From: an uncultured Candidatus Saccharibacteria bacterium
Lineage (GTDB): Bacteria > Patescibacteriota > Minisyncoccia > Phycocordibacterales > UBA5272
Direction of reading: 5' to 3'
Assembly: GCA_964457775.1 (NCBI GenBank)
Contig: CAYWEW010000001.1
Span: forward strand, 17,783 to 81,782
Length of the DNA stretch: 64,000 nt
Below are positions 51,607 to 60,664 of this stretch, one piece after another. Made by a program: the position numbers and the translations under genes. Under the pieces are notes generated by a model, which searched no databases, was not told the DNA's origin, and was given only the letters and a program-made list of their open reading frames with translations. Position 1 is the first letter of the stretch; the number at the start of each line of letters is the position of its first letter.

Positions 51607-53517
51607 TTATACTACTTCCACTTTCTTCTTCACTGGTATACCATGTAGAGTTAAAATCTTTTCAAACTCCTCTCTTTCAATATTTTCTACACGCATAAGT
51701 TCTTCTGCGATAGCAACTAGCACTGTACGTTTATCAAGAATAATATTTCTAGCTCTCTGCCATGCTTCATCTAAGATACGCTTCACTTCGCCATCGATTT
51801 TTTCTCCATACGCTTCACTATATTCTTTGCTGTAGAAAACACTACGTTGTTCTCCTTCTGGTACATAAGTCACCGGACCAAGTGTACTCATACCATAACG
51901 CGTAACCATAGCGCGAGCCATCGCTGTTGCTACTTGCAAATCATTTGATGGGCCAGTTGTGATATCACCAAATATTTCTTTCTCTGTAACATAACCACCG
52001 AGTGACATCGCGATATCATCCAAGAATGTCGCACGACTCATGAGTCGTCTTTCATCAAGCGGAAGCTTAAGTGTATACCCTCCAGCGTGTCCTCGAGCAA
52101 TAATAGATATCTTATGTATTGGGTCAGCATCAGGTAAACATGATGCAACAAGAGCGTGTCCTGCTTCATGATATGCAGTTATTTTCTTTTCTTGTGGAGT
52201 AAGCACATGACTCTTTCTTTCGGGACCGAGCATAACCTTTTCAATAGAGCGTATGAGGTCATACTGTGCGACACTCTTTCTTTCTTCCCGTGCTGCTAGG
52301 ATTGCTGATTCATTCATAAGTGAATAAAGATCTGCACCAGAAAATCCTGGAGTGCGTTCTGCGATGACTTTCAAATTAACATCTTCTGCGAGTGGTTTTA
52401 ATTTTACATGCACACCAAGTATTGCTTCACGATCATTTCTGTCTGGCAAATCAAGTGTGACTCGTCTATCGAATCTTCCTGGACGAAGAAGTGCTTGATC
52501 AAGTACATCCGGTCTGTTAGTTGCTGCCATAATAATCAAATTCATAGTTGGTTCGAATCCATCCATCTCAACCAGTATTTGATTAAGTGTTTGCTCACGT
52601 CCTTCACCTTGACCACCGAGTGACGGTGAACGTGTGCGTCCAACTGCATCTATTTCATCAATAAAAATAATTGCTGGTGCCGCTTTCTTTGCCATGTCAA
52701 ATAAATCACGCACACGAGACGCTCCTACACCGACGAACATCTCTTCGAATTCACTTCCAGATAAATGGAAGAATGGTACTGCTGCCTCACCTGCCACAGC
52801 ACGAGCAAGCATTGTCTTTCCTGTTCCTGGTGCCCCCATCAAAAGAACCCCTTTTGGAATTTGTGCGCCTATGTCTGTAAACTTTTGTGGAGCTCGAAGG
52901 AATTCTACGATTTCTAATAATTCTTCTTTAGCTTCTTTTGCACCTGCAACGTCTTTGAACAGTATTTTTTCTTTCGTGTCGTCTGGATAAATAACTTTTG
53001 CACGTGATTGTCCAAAAGAAAGAGCTTGAACATTTGCTCCTTTGATTCCACGAGCTAGCCACCAAATCATGAATCCTAAGAAAAGAATTGGAAGTATGAT
53101 TGGAATAAGTGAACCCCAAAATGACAACCCTCTCTCAGACGAAACGGTAATCGTAGTTGTTGCGAGTGTTGAAGTGCTAACTCCGTATATTTTGAGTGCT
53201 TCAAGAATTGAAACCCCTGTTTCTTTTTTACTTAAAACTTTTGTTTTATCTATTTTTTCTCCTGTAAGGGCATCTCCTTCTACAGTGATTGCTATTATTT
53301 GTTGTTGATTAACAAGCTCTGCAAATGAAGAAAGTGGAATAATTGGTGTGGCTTTCTTTTCAGAAAAAATAGAGTACCCCCAAACTAGGAACATAAAAAT
53401 AATAAAGGAACCGAACAACTGCTGAGAAAAACTCTGCACCTTTTTTGCAGTTGTAACTTTTTCCCCATCCTTTTTTGTTATTTTTCCTATTTTTGGCATT
53501 TTCATCTTTTTCATCAA
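51607..53517 (-). CDS. ftsH: ATP-dependent zinc metalloprotease FtsH
   Basis: [30 protein letters not shown]. Confidence 0.98.
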   Translation of the reverse strand: MMKKMKMPKIGKITKKDGEKVTTAKKVQSFSQQLFGSFIIFMFLVWGYSIFSEKKATPIIPLSSFAELVNQQQIIAITVEGDALTGEKIDKTKVLSKKETGVSILEALKIYGVSTSTLATTTITVSSERGLSFWGSLIPIILPILFLGFMIWWLARGIKGANVQALSFGQSRAKVIYPDDTKEKILFKDVAGAKEAKEELLEIVEFLRAPQKFTDIGAQIPKGVLLMGAPGTGKTMLARAVAGEAAVPFFHLSGSEFEEMFVGVGASRVRDLFDMAKKAAPAIIFIDEIDAVGRTRSPSLGGQGEGREQTLNQILVEMDGFEPTMNLIIMAATNRPDVLDQALLRPGRFDRRVTLDLPDRNDREAILGVHVKLKPLAEDVNLKVIAERTPGFSGADLYSLMNESAILAAREERKSVAQYDLIRSIEKVMLGPERKSHVLTPQEKKITAYHEAGHALVASCLPDADPIHKISIIARGHAGGYTLKLPLDERRLMSRATFLDDIAMSLGGYVTEKEIFGDITTGPSNDLQVATAMARAMVTRYGMSTLGPVTYVPEGEQRSVFYSKEYSEAYGEKIDGEVKRILDEAWQRARNIILDKRTVLVAIAEELMRVENIEREEFEKILTLHGIPVKKKVEVV

Positions 53518-53569
53518 ACCATTCTATCATATTCAACTAAATAGGTAATGTATATGCTAAAATCTAAAT

Positions 53570-54001
53570 ATGCGTTTGATAGATAGTAAAAAACTACATC
53601 TCACTTATGTAATAACAGATAGCCTTGAAGCAGGTGTTGAGCTTTTTGGTTTTGAGGTAAAGGCTCTACGTAAAAAGTTGGGTTCACTTGATGGTGCTAA
53701 GGTTTTAATTCGTGGTGGTGAGGCATTTCTTGTTGGTGTTTATATTCCACCATACCAAGTAGCGAATACTCCGAAGGGTTATGACCCCTATCGTACTCGT
53801 AAATTACTTCTCAAAAGATCTGACATTGAGAATTTGTACAACAAAGAACAATCAAAGACCTTGACATTACATCCAAATTCATTGTATTCTACACACAACC
53901 TCATTAAATGTGAGGTTGCTGTTTGTAAGAAAAAAGATAGTAAAGATAAGCGAGAAGATATTAAGAAAGATATTGCTCGCAGAGAATTACGTTCTATATA
54001 A
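53570..54001 (+). CDS. smpB: SsrA-binding protein SmpB
   Basis: EAGVELFGFEVKALR, YDPYRTRKLLL, DKREDIKK; directly upstream of tmRNA. Confidence 0.93.
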   Translation: MRLIDSKKLHLTYVITDSLEAGVELFGFEVKALRKKLGSLDGAKVLIRGGEAFLVGVYIPPYQVANTPKGYDPYRTRKLLLKRSDIENLYNKEQSKTLTLHPNSLYSTHNLIKCEVAVCKKKDSKDKREDIKKDIARRELRSI

Positions 54002-54022
54002 TCACGACAACGTGTCTGAATT

Positions 54023-54150
54023 TTAAAATTAAGAATATTACCTTAGATACGCGAAGCAACAAATTTTTAGAAGAAGGCGTACTAATAGTACGACGACTGA
54101 TAAAAATGAAGTTGCGACAAAGTAGATGAGGTAAGATTGTTTATTTTAAT
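54023..54150. repeat. Palindromic structured element, copy 3
   Basis: TACGCGAAGCAAC...GAAGGCGTAC-TAATA-GTACGACGACT...GTTGCGACAAAGTA; between smpB and ssrA. Confidence 0.85.
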
Positions 54151-54151
54151 T

Positions 54152-54538
54152 GGGGGTGACTTTGGCTTCGATACTAAGAATATGATGTATGTGCTGTATC
54201 GAGACTGCTCTTACACTCGTAAACGTTTTGAGCAACCATGTTGCAAACTCAACTGGCAAGGCTATCCGTTCGCCATACGCGTTCGGACTAGTTCCAGCAT
54301 TCGTCTAATTTAGACCTATCTGGTGTCCTTCTTTTTCGTATCTACGGAAAAAGTCTGGGCAATATAACAGAAGATGTAGGTTATCTTGTTGCATAGCAAC
54401 CTAACCGAAACAAACATGCTATACATTCATTGTTTTCGTTTGTTTTCTATAATGAATACGAACACATGAAGCAAACTACATACAGTAGATTCATGCACCA
54501 TACATTATTACACGCGGGTTCAATTCCCGCCACCTCCA
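54152..54538 (+). ncRNA. ssrA: tmRNA
   Basis: GGGGGTG/CACCTCC acceptor with G3-U70, GCGGGTTCAATTCCCGC T-arm, probable tag ORF 54243-54308 ANSTGKAIRSPYAFGLVPAFV*. Confidence 0.93.
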
Positions 54539-54800
54539 CAAATACAAAATACTCCACCCCTCTGGTGGAGTATTTTGTATTTGTGGAGGTGGAGAAAGCC
54601 AACTGCTTGGCTTTCAAGGGAATTGAATACTGGGTCGCGAAATCATCTGTTACGAACAAAGTGAGTAACTGATTTTGTGACCAATTCCCCCACCTTCGTC
54701 ACTTTCGGGGAACTGAATGCGGGTCGGGAATCTGCTTCGATCAAAGCTGATTAGTAAATCACGTCGGGAGACGCTAGGCAGATTTGTGACCGATTCCATC
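54539..54800 (+). repeat. tRNA 3'-associated structured element (tmRNA copy, two tandem units)
   Basis: Long inverted repeat of the 3' end (TTTGTGGAGGTGG), GAAAGCCAACTGCTTGGCTTTC hairpin, GGGAATTGAA antisense to the T-arm, degenerate repeat CAATTCCCCCACCT. Confidence 0.8.
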
Positions 54801-54902
54801 TCCTAAAATAAAATTTGATGTTGATTTGATATCTCCCCTCTTGTATTGTAGGATACGAAACAGAACTCATTTTGAGTCGTGTACTTTTAAAGGGAGAAAC
54901 CC

Positions 54903-55562
54903 GTGAACGAAATCACTTTACATGCTATTGCTACAAAATTCGTTGACCTCATCTTGAAGTATCAGGACAGTTGGCAAGTAATTACAGAGTTACCAGAAAA
55001 CGAAATGTCTGTATTTTTTTTAATTGTCAGAACAGTTGGTTTTGAAATAACAGAAGTAAAAGAAGGAAAACTTGTTGGTCATTATCATGACCAAGACGGT
55101 ATCACTGGGAAAACGTATCCGATCAACAAACTTTGTCCATTTAAAGTAGTCAATAAAGATCGTGATAACTACAACGCAACAAATTGGTTAGATAGTATGT
55201 TTTCTACTGTAATATCTTCACACAATGGTAAGCCCTACGGGGAATATGATCTACTTGTCGAAAGAGTAATTGAAGCTGTAAGAAAAAGTATTCACCTTAC
55301 TCCTGTTTTGTTGACATCTGAAGGCGACACGCTGCGTGAATATCCATCTGACAATCTTTTCAAACACACAAACGATAGCGACAAACTTGGTTCAAGTGTC
55401 GGTGTTCACAAAGTTTGTAATGGATTCATGGACCGAAAATCTACAACAGAAACACACGATGTAATTCTCTGTAGAAGTTGTGGACTTAGAGTTTCTTTCC
55501 CAAACACAATAAAAACATACGGTGAACTGAGGCAATTCTTTAACTCAAAGCTTAACAATTGA
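54903..55562 (+). CDS. Hypothetical orphan protein with C-terminal Zn-ribbon-like motif
   Basis: SD AAGGGAG, GTG start, HKVC...CRSC. Confidence 0.7.
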   Translation: MNEITLHAIATKFVDLILKYQDSWQVITELPENEMSVFFLIVRTVGFEITEVKEGKLVGHYHDQDGITGKTYPINKLCPFKVVNKDRDNYNATNWLDSMFSTVISSHNGKPYGEYDLLVERVIEAVRKSIHLTPVLLTSEGDTLREYPSDNLFKHTNDSDKLGSSVGVHKVCNGFMDRKSTTETHDVILCRSCGLRVSFPNTIKTYGELRQFFNSKLNN

Positions 55563-55681
55563 AGCATTAACCTTTTGCAACAATCCCCAACTCCTATCTA
55601 GTAACTATATGTGAACGGTGGGAGTTTTTATAACAAAAATGCCACTAACTTTCGAAAGTGGCATCTGAGAAACTTTTTCAT

Positions 55682-56167
55682 TTAACGCGAAACATCTCCA
55701 CAAAACTTACAAACACCTTCAGAATAAACACCGAGGCAGTTTTTGCTTATATGAATCCTTGCATGAAAATTGTAGCTGTCTGCCAAATTAACCGCAAAAT
55801 TAACCATGGAATTCATTCCCTTTCTTTCTTTGTTACTGAACATGCTTCTACTGACAGCTTCAAAGACACCTCCTGAAATGTATCCTTTATTATTTTTTTG
55901 CCAAATCTCTGATGTTTTTGAAACAATGTTATGGTCAAGACCTTTACGCGGAACTGGCCAAGTTACAACTTCTATTGGCTCTTCAGCTACTGATAAATCA
56001 TATTTTGGGAGACCAGCTTTTTCCTCAAGCTTCCGTAAACAATCATCAATACTTGAGCCGACAACATTCATACGAATATGTTGTGGTGGGCTAATAATTT
56101 GACTAACCCTTCCAAAAATTCCAAAACCTTGAAAAAACCCAATCATTTTTTGACTGATGGATAACAT
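55682..56167 (-). CDS. Hypothetical orphan protein
   Basis: SD GGAGG before ATG 56167; C-terminal HISKNC...CKFC. Confidence 0.65.
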   Translation of the reverse strand: MLSISQKMIGFFQGFGIFGRVSQIISPPQHIRMNVVGSSIDDCLRKLEEKAGLPKYDLSVAEEPIEVVTWPVPRKGLDHNIVSKTSEIWQKNNKGYISGGVFEAVSRSMFSNKERKGMNSMVNFAVNLADSYNFHARIHISKNCLGVYSEGVCKFCGDVSR

Positions 56168-56344
56168 GGCACACCTCCGTAATGTGTAGACATTTAAAAA
56201 AACTACTGAGTGCATCCTACTATAATGAATAATATAGTCAATAAAAATAAATACTCAAACCCTTCCCAATATTCCAATAATATGTTATAAAATATCTAGC
56301 CAAATTTAGTCAAATTTTGTTCATTAACTAAAGGGGAAGTAGCT

Positions 56345-56902
56345 ATGAGTGACGTTGTGATTGCACTACGCGGTGACGAGTCCGAAAAACTCATCAATGG
56401 AATTCGTGCAGTTGTTACACCCTTTGTCGGTATATCTGGCGAGGGGTACCGCGCGCAACTCGGCATTGGTCTTGCGATTTCGGGAAATACAGCGATTTTT
56501 TGGGGAACCATTGTTCCTCATTCATTGATTCAGTCCTGGCGTGGTATGAAAATACTTGAACAGGCTGATTCCATTAATTCCACTGAGACATTGTGCTCGT
56601 GTTTCACTGTTGCTAAAAACGATATCAACAATGCAACAAATCACTATATCAAATCATTGGCTCGTTCTTTTGGAGGAGTGGATGCTTTGCAAGATATTCG
56701 TTATGAAATACTACGCTCTTTTCCAACCGCTGACGAAATCACAACCATGATTACAAAGTTGCGCGAACATAACCTTCCTGTTGACACCCGAGAGATTGAA
56801 GAGGCGGTGAACCTTAACCACATTGCAGATACTTCCGTCATAAGGGAGATGATTCGCACAAACCGTGAATTGTTCTCACGCGCCGTCCTCAATTTTGCTT
56901 AA
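56345..56902 (+). CDS. Hypothetical orphan protein
   Basis: GTTCATT motif, SD AGGGGA, long terminator hairpin at ~56911-56958. Confidence 0.7.
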   Translation: MSDVVIALRGDESEKLINGIRAVVTPFVGISGEGYRAQLGIGLAISGNTAIFWGTIVPHSLIQSWRGMKILEQADSINSTETLCSCFTVAKNDINNATNHYIKSLARSFGGVDALQDIRYEILRSFPTADEITTMITKLREHNLPVDTREIEEAVNLNHIADTSVIREMIRTNRELFSRAVLNFA

Positions 56903-57032
56903 CCCCTTTTCAACCCTCTTGATGAATTCCCTCAAACAGAATTCATCAAGAGGGTTTTTGTTTGTATTGTAATAAGAGAACATTTTATTGCCCTTCATGT
57001 ATTTATATGGTATTATCTATGTATATAACCCC

Positions 57033-57545
57033 TTGGCAGAAAAAGTAAACATCAATAATAATATCCGTTCACTAAAACTTCGTGTCATTGGACACAACGG
57101 AGATAACTTAGGTGTTCTCACAAAAGATGAAGCTTTAGCTCAAGCAAAAGCTCTTGGACTAGACCTTATCGAAGTATCTCCTCATGCTGAACCCCCTGTT
57201 GCTCGTATTGCTGATTACGGAAAGTACACATATGAAACTTCTAAGAAATTAAAAGAAGTTAAAGCAAAGGCACACATCACTGAAACCAAAACAGTACAGA
57301 TTAGTGTGTCCATTAGTGATAATGACCTTATGATGAAAGCTAAGAAAACTGCTGAGTGGATTAATGAAGGCCACCGTGTAAAAATCGACCTACAATTAAA
57401 AGGCCGTACAAAATATATGGACGACAAATTCCTTCGTGAACGCATGAATCGCATTTTGGCTATTATCCCTGCGGATTATAAAATTGCTGAACCTTTGAAG
57501 AAGATTCCGAAGTCTATGATGGTGGTACTGGAGAAGGCTAAGTAA
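57033..57545 (+). CDS. infC: Translation initiation factor IF-3 (probable TTG start)
   Basis: INNNIR, LDLIEVSP..PPVARIADYGKY, GHRVK; promoter TTGCCC-17-TATTAT precedes TTG 57033. Confidence 0.93.
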   Translation: MAEKVNINNNIRSLKLRVIGHNGDNLGVLTKDEALAQAKALGLDLIEVSPHAEPPVARIADYGKYTYETSKKLKEVKAKAHITETKTVQISVSISDNDLMMKAKKTAEWINEGHRVKIDLQLKGRTKYMDDKFLRERMNRILAIIPADYKIAEPLKKIPKSMMVVLEKAK

Positions 57546-57588
57546 TTTAAATACTTGACAAAAAGTATCAGTATGATATACTGTTACT

Positions 57589-57679
57589 TGTCCGACGGAG
57601 AGGGTTCTCCGTTAAGCGACCTAAAATCAATTAGCCAGATTCTGGTGGTCCCTACTGCATTGTGCGGTGGGGACTTTTT
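57589..57679 (+). ncRNA. Candidate small RNA or terminated leader between infC and rpmI
   Basis: TTGACA-16-TATACT promoter (57555-57582), hairpin GACGGAGA-GGGT-TCTCCGTT, strong terminator GTCCCTACTGC...GCGGTGGGGAC-TTTTT; no plus-strand ORF. Confidence 0.55.
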
Positions 57680-57781
57680 CGTTTTGTAATATACTCACTT
57701 AAACCAATGTACGAAGCCCTTGATATTCTTGATAATGTATGATAAAATACCCCAACTATCTGAAAGGTATAGAAAAATTCT

Positions 57782-57970
57782 ATGAAGACAAACAAATCAT
57801 TCTTAAAACGTCTCCGTGTTACCAAAAATGGTAAAATCTTAGCTCGTAAGCCAGGACTTAACCATTTCAATGCAAAAGCATCACGATCAAAGCAACTTGC
57901 TGGCAAAAGAGCTCAGGATTTTGCTATGACAGGAAAGGAAAAGTCACGTTTTCTTCCAGGAATGTTCTAA
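57782..57970 (+). CDS. rpmI: 50S ribosomal protein L35
   Basis: MKTNKSFLKRLRVTKNGKI; located between infC and rplT. Confidence 0.93.
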   Translation: MKTNKSFLKRLRVTKNGKILARKPGLNHFNAKASRSKQLAGKRAQDFAMTGKEKSRFLPGMF

Positions 57971-58006
57971 TCCTTTAAGACTCATTAATTTATTTAATCA
58001 ACCACT

Positions 58007-58357
58007 ATGTCACGCGTAAAAAGAAGTTTAATGGCGATGAAGCATCGCAGAAATGTACTCAAGCAAGCTAAAGGCTTTCGTTTTGGTCGTTCAAAGAAAG
58101 AAGTAGAAGCAAAGGTTGCTCTTCGTCATGCTGGAGCTCATGCTTTTGCACACAGAAAAGACAAGAAGACTGACATGCGTCGCCTCTTCACTACTCGTCT
58201 TAACGCTGGACTACGCGCTCTTGATATTACTTACTCTGTTTTCATTGGAATGCTATCAAAGAAGAATATTTCAATAAATCGTAAAATGCTCGCAGAAATT
58301 GCAGCAGAGAACCCAGAAACATTCACAAGAATTGTTGCACAAGTTCGAGAAGCGTAG
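58007..58357 (+). CDS. rplT: 50S ribosomal protein L20
   Basis: MSRVKR, AKGF, INRKMLAEIA. Confidence 0.97.
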   Translation: MSRVKRSLMAMKHRRNVLKQAKGFRFGRSKKEVEAKVALRHAGAHAFAHRKDKKTDMRRLFTTRLNAGLRALDITYSVFIGMLSKKNISINRKMLAEIAAENPETFTRIVAQVREA

Positions 58358-58438
58358 AGCTTCGAAGAGTTCCGTAGCTAGCAAGCGAAGGAACGTTCAT
58401 AAACTACTAAGTCAAAAGTATAAGGCACTTAAAAAACA

Positions 58439-58468
58439 CAAAAGCGACATCTTAAGATGTCGCTTTTG
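58439..58468. terminator. Bidirectional intrinsic terminator
   Basis: CAAAAGCGACATCTTAAGATGTCGCTTTTG between convergent genes. Confidence 0.8.
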
Positions 58469-58492
58469 TATTTTTACAAACTCCATCAGCAC

Positions 58493-58622
58493 AGACTTTA
58501 GTCAAAAATTGCTTTAGCTACGCGAAGCATAGATATTTTTTAAAGAAGACGTAGTAGACCTACGGCGACTGAAAAAAATATCTTAGCGACAAAGTAGATA
58601 AAATAATTTTTAACTAAAGTCT
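58493..58622. repeat. Palindromic structured element, copy 4
   Basis: TACGCGAAGC...GAAGACGTAG-TAGAC-CTACGGCGACT...GCGACAAAGTA; the outer stem includes the stop codon of the LOG-family gene. Confidence 0.85.
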
Positions 58623-59186
58623 AAGTTCCCTTTCGCCGTTAAGCTCTTGCTTTCTTACCATCTTAATCAACTTTTCTATCATTATTTTTGGGTCTTTTTC
58701 AAAAATAACATTTGGATTTGTTCGATCACTATTTTTTATGATATTTTGAATCACTTCATCTGTCGCCCACTCTCCAACAAGTACTCCAAGAGGCATATTA
58801 GCTTCCCAAGCCACTGTAAACTCATGAATAGTACCAATACGACCACAACCAATTACAACCGCATCTGACGAGCGTATAAGCATGAGGTCGCGTCCAGGAA
58901 AACCGAACCCTGTGTATACGACGGTGTCCATAGCCTTAAGTGGTAATCTGTACACCTCCACATGTTCTTTCTTGCTTGCTGCAGGAGAAAGACCAAAAGA
59001 AAATCCCCCTGCCTCCTTTGCCCCTTCAGCTGCATACATAGGAAAACCGCTTGTTGCACCTGTAACAATCTGACATCCTTGTCTAGCAATCTCACGACCA
59101 ATTTCTTTAGCAATTGGTATTACAGATGGTCCACAATGTGCTATTTCAGCAGCGCCTGAGACACTGATAGTAATTCGTTGTTTCAT
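58614..59186 (-). CDS. LOG/SLOG family nucleotide-binding protein (TIGR00725-like)
   Basis: AKEIGREIA..IVTGATSG, GAKEAGG, GRIGTIHEF. Confidence 0.85.
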   Translation of the reverse strand: MKQRITISVSGAAEIAHCGPSVIPIAKEIGREIARQGCQIVTGATSGFPMYAAEGAKEAGGFSFGLSPAASKKEHVEVYRLPLKAMDTVVYTGFGFPGRDLMLIRSSDAVVIGCGRIGTIHEFTVAWEANMPLGVLVGEWATDEVIQNIIKNSDRTNPNVIFEKDPKIMIEKLIKMVRKQELNGERELRL

Positions 59187-59230
59187 TTTACTAGTATATA
59201 GTTACTGGTTGATAGTTACTAGTGGACTAC

Positions 59231-60604
59231 TTAATCTAATTCAAGAACATCCCCTCTTTCTGGAACAACAACCGGAACATCATATGTTTCGTGAATTCGT
59301 TGACCTAAGAAATATGTACTCTTTGGTTCACCAAGTACAACAATCACCTTCTTAAGTGACGGAGCAGTTGTACCAACGAATTCAACAAGATGCTCTGAGT
59401 CTTTGTGCGCAGAGAATCCATGAATGTTAACCACACGCGCTCGAAGTGGAATCATATTTCCATTAATGTATAGTTCTTTTTCTTCATCAACTATACGGCG
59501 TCCTAATGTATTAACCGCCATATATCCGACAATAATAATTGTACTGTTTGGATCTGGAAGATACTTCGCCTCATGATGTAAGATACGTCCACCATTACTC
59601 ATACCACTTCCAGCGATAATAACTTTTGGACGATTATCACCATTAATAGCCTTACTCTCTTCTGGTGTTGCTGTTTGTATTAAACCCTTGAATGCAAAAA
59701 TATCATCACCACTTTTAATTGTAGCCTCAATATTTTCATTGAACCAACTGTCATATTTTTTATAAATTTTTGTAATATTAATACCAAGTGGGGAATTAAG
59801 GTAAACAGGAATTTCTGGTATTTGCTTACTTTCAACTAATTCATTAAATGCGAGTAACATTTCTTGTGTGCGTTCAATAGAGAATGCTGGAATAAGAACT
59901 GTACCTCCCTTTGCAACCGTACTTACAACCGCCTCCTTAAAAATCTCAATACGTCTATCCTTGTCTTTGTGATTTCTGTCTCCATATACACTCTCAATCA
60001 CCAAGTAATCAATATCCTTAAGCGGTGTTGTGTCTTTCATTAATGGTGAAGGGGTATTCCCGAGATCACCAGTAAAGGCAAGTTTCTTTCCTTTGTATGC
60101 AATTTCAACAATTGAACTTCCCAGTATATGTCCAGCATCATGTAGAGTAATTACAGCATTACCATCATTTGTTTCTATGACAAATTCCTTTTCATAAGTA
60201 AGTGTTGTTCCCCATAGGTGCATACTCTCAAATACATCTTTTTCTTCATAAATCATTGGCGCACCTGAGTGAAGCGACTCTTTTGTTAAAAGTCCCAATG
60301 AATCAAGCATGATAAGTTCTGCCATTTCACGCGTAGGTTCGGTACTGATAATTTGATTTTTGAATCCTTCACGAACAAGATATGGAATACGTCCAACATG
60401 GTCAAGGTGAGCGTGAGTCACAAAAAGATAGTCAATACTTTTTGGGTCATAAATAAAAGGTGCACTGTTAATCGGAATAGAATATTTCTCGCCTTGTACA
60501 AGACCGCAGTCAATGAGAATTTTTTTGCCTCCGAATTCAACTAGGAAGTTGGAACCTGTAGGCATTTGAGCGCCACCCGCAAAAGTAATTTTAAATGTAG
60601 ACAT
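59231..60604 (-). CDS. Metallo-beta-lactamase/beta-CASP fold hydrolase (RNase-like)
   Basis: THAHLDHVGRIP, AGHILGS, FTGDLG, ESVYG, GGRILHH, FSAH. Confidence 0.92.
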   Translation of the reverse strand: MSTFKITFAGGAQMPTGSNFLVEFGGKKILIDCGLVQGEKYSIPINSAPFIYDPKSIDYLFVTHAHLDHVGRIPYLVREGFKNQIISTEPTREMAELIMLDSLGLLTKESLHSGAPMIYEEKDVFESMHLWGTTLTYEKEFVIETNDGNAVITLHDAGHILGSSIVEIAYKGKKLAFTGDLGNTPSPLMKDTTPLKDIDYLVIESVYGDRNHKDKDRRIEIFKEAVVSTVAKGGTVLIPAFSIERTQEMLLAFNELVESKQIPEIPVYLNSPLGINITKIYKKYDSWFNENIEATIKSGDDIFAFKGLIQTATPEESKAINGDNRPKVIIAGSGMSNGGRILHHEAKYLPDPNSTIIIVGYMAVNTLGRRIVDEEKELYINGNMIPLRARVVNIHGFSAHKDSEHLVEFVGTTAPSLKKVIVVLGEPKSTYFLGQRIHETYDVPVVVPERGDVLELD

Positions 60605-60664
60605 GAGAATAGTTGGTGGTTATTAGTTACTGGTTCTTAGTTTAATACTAAAAATTAAAAATAC

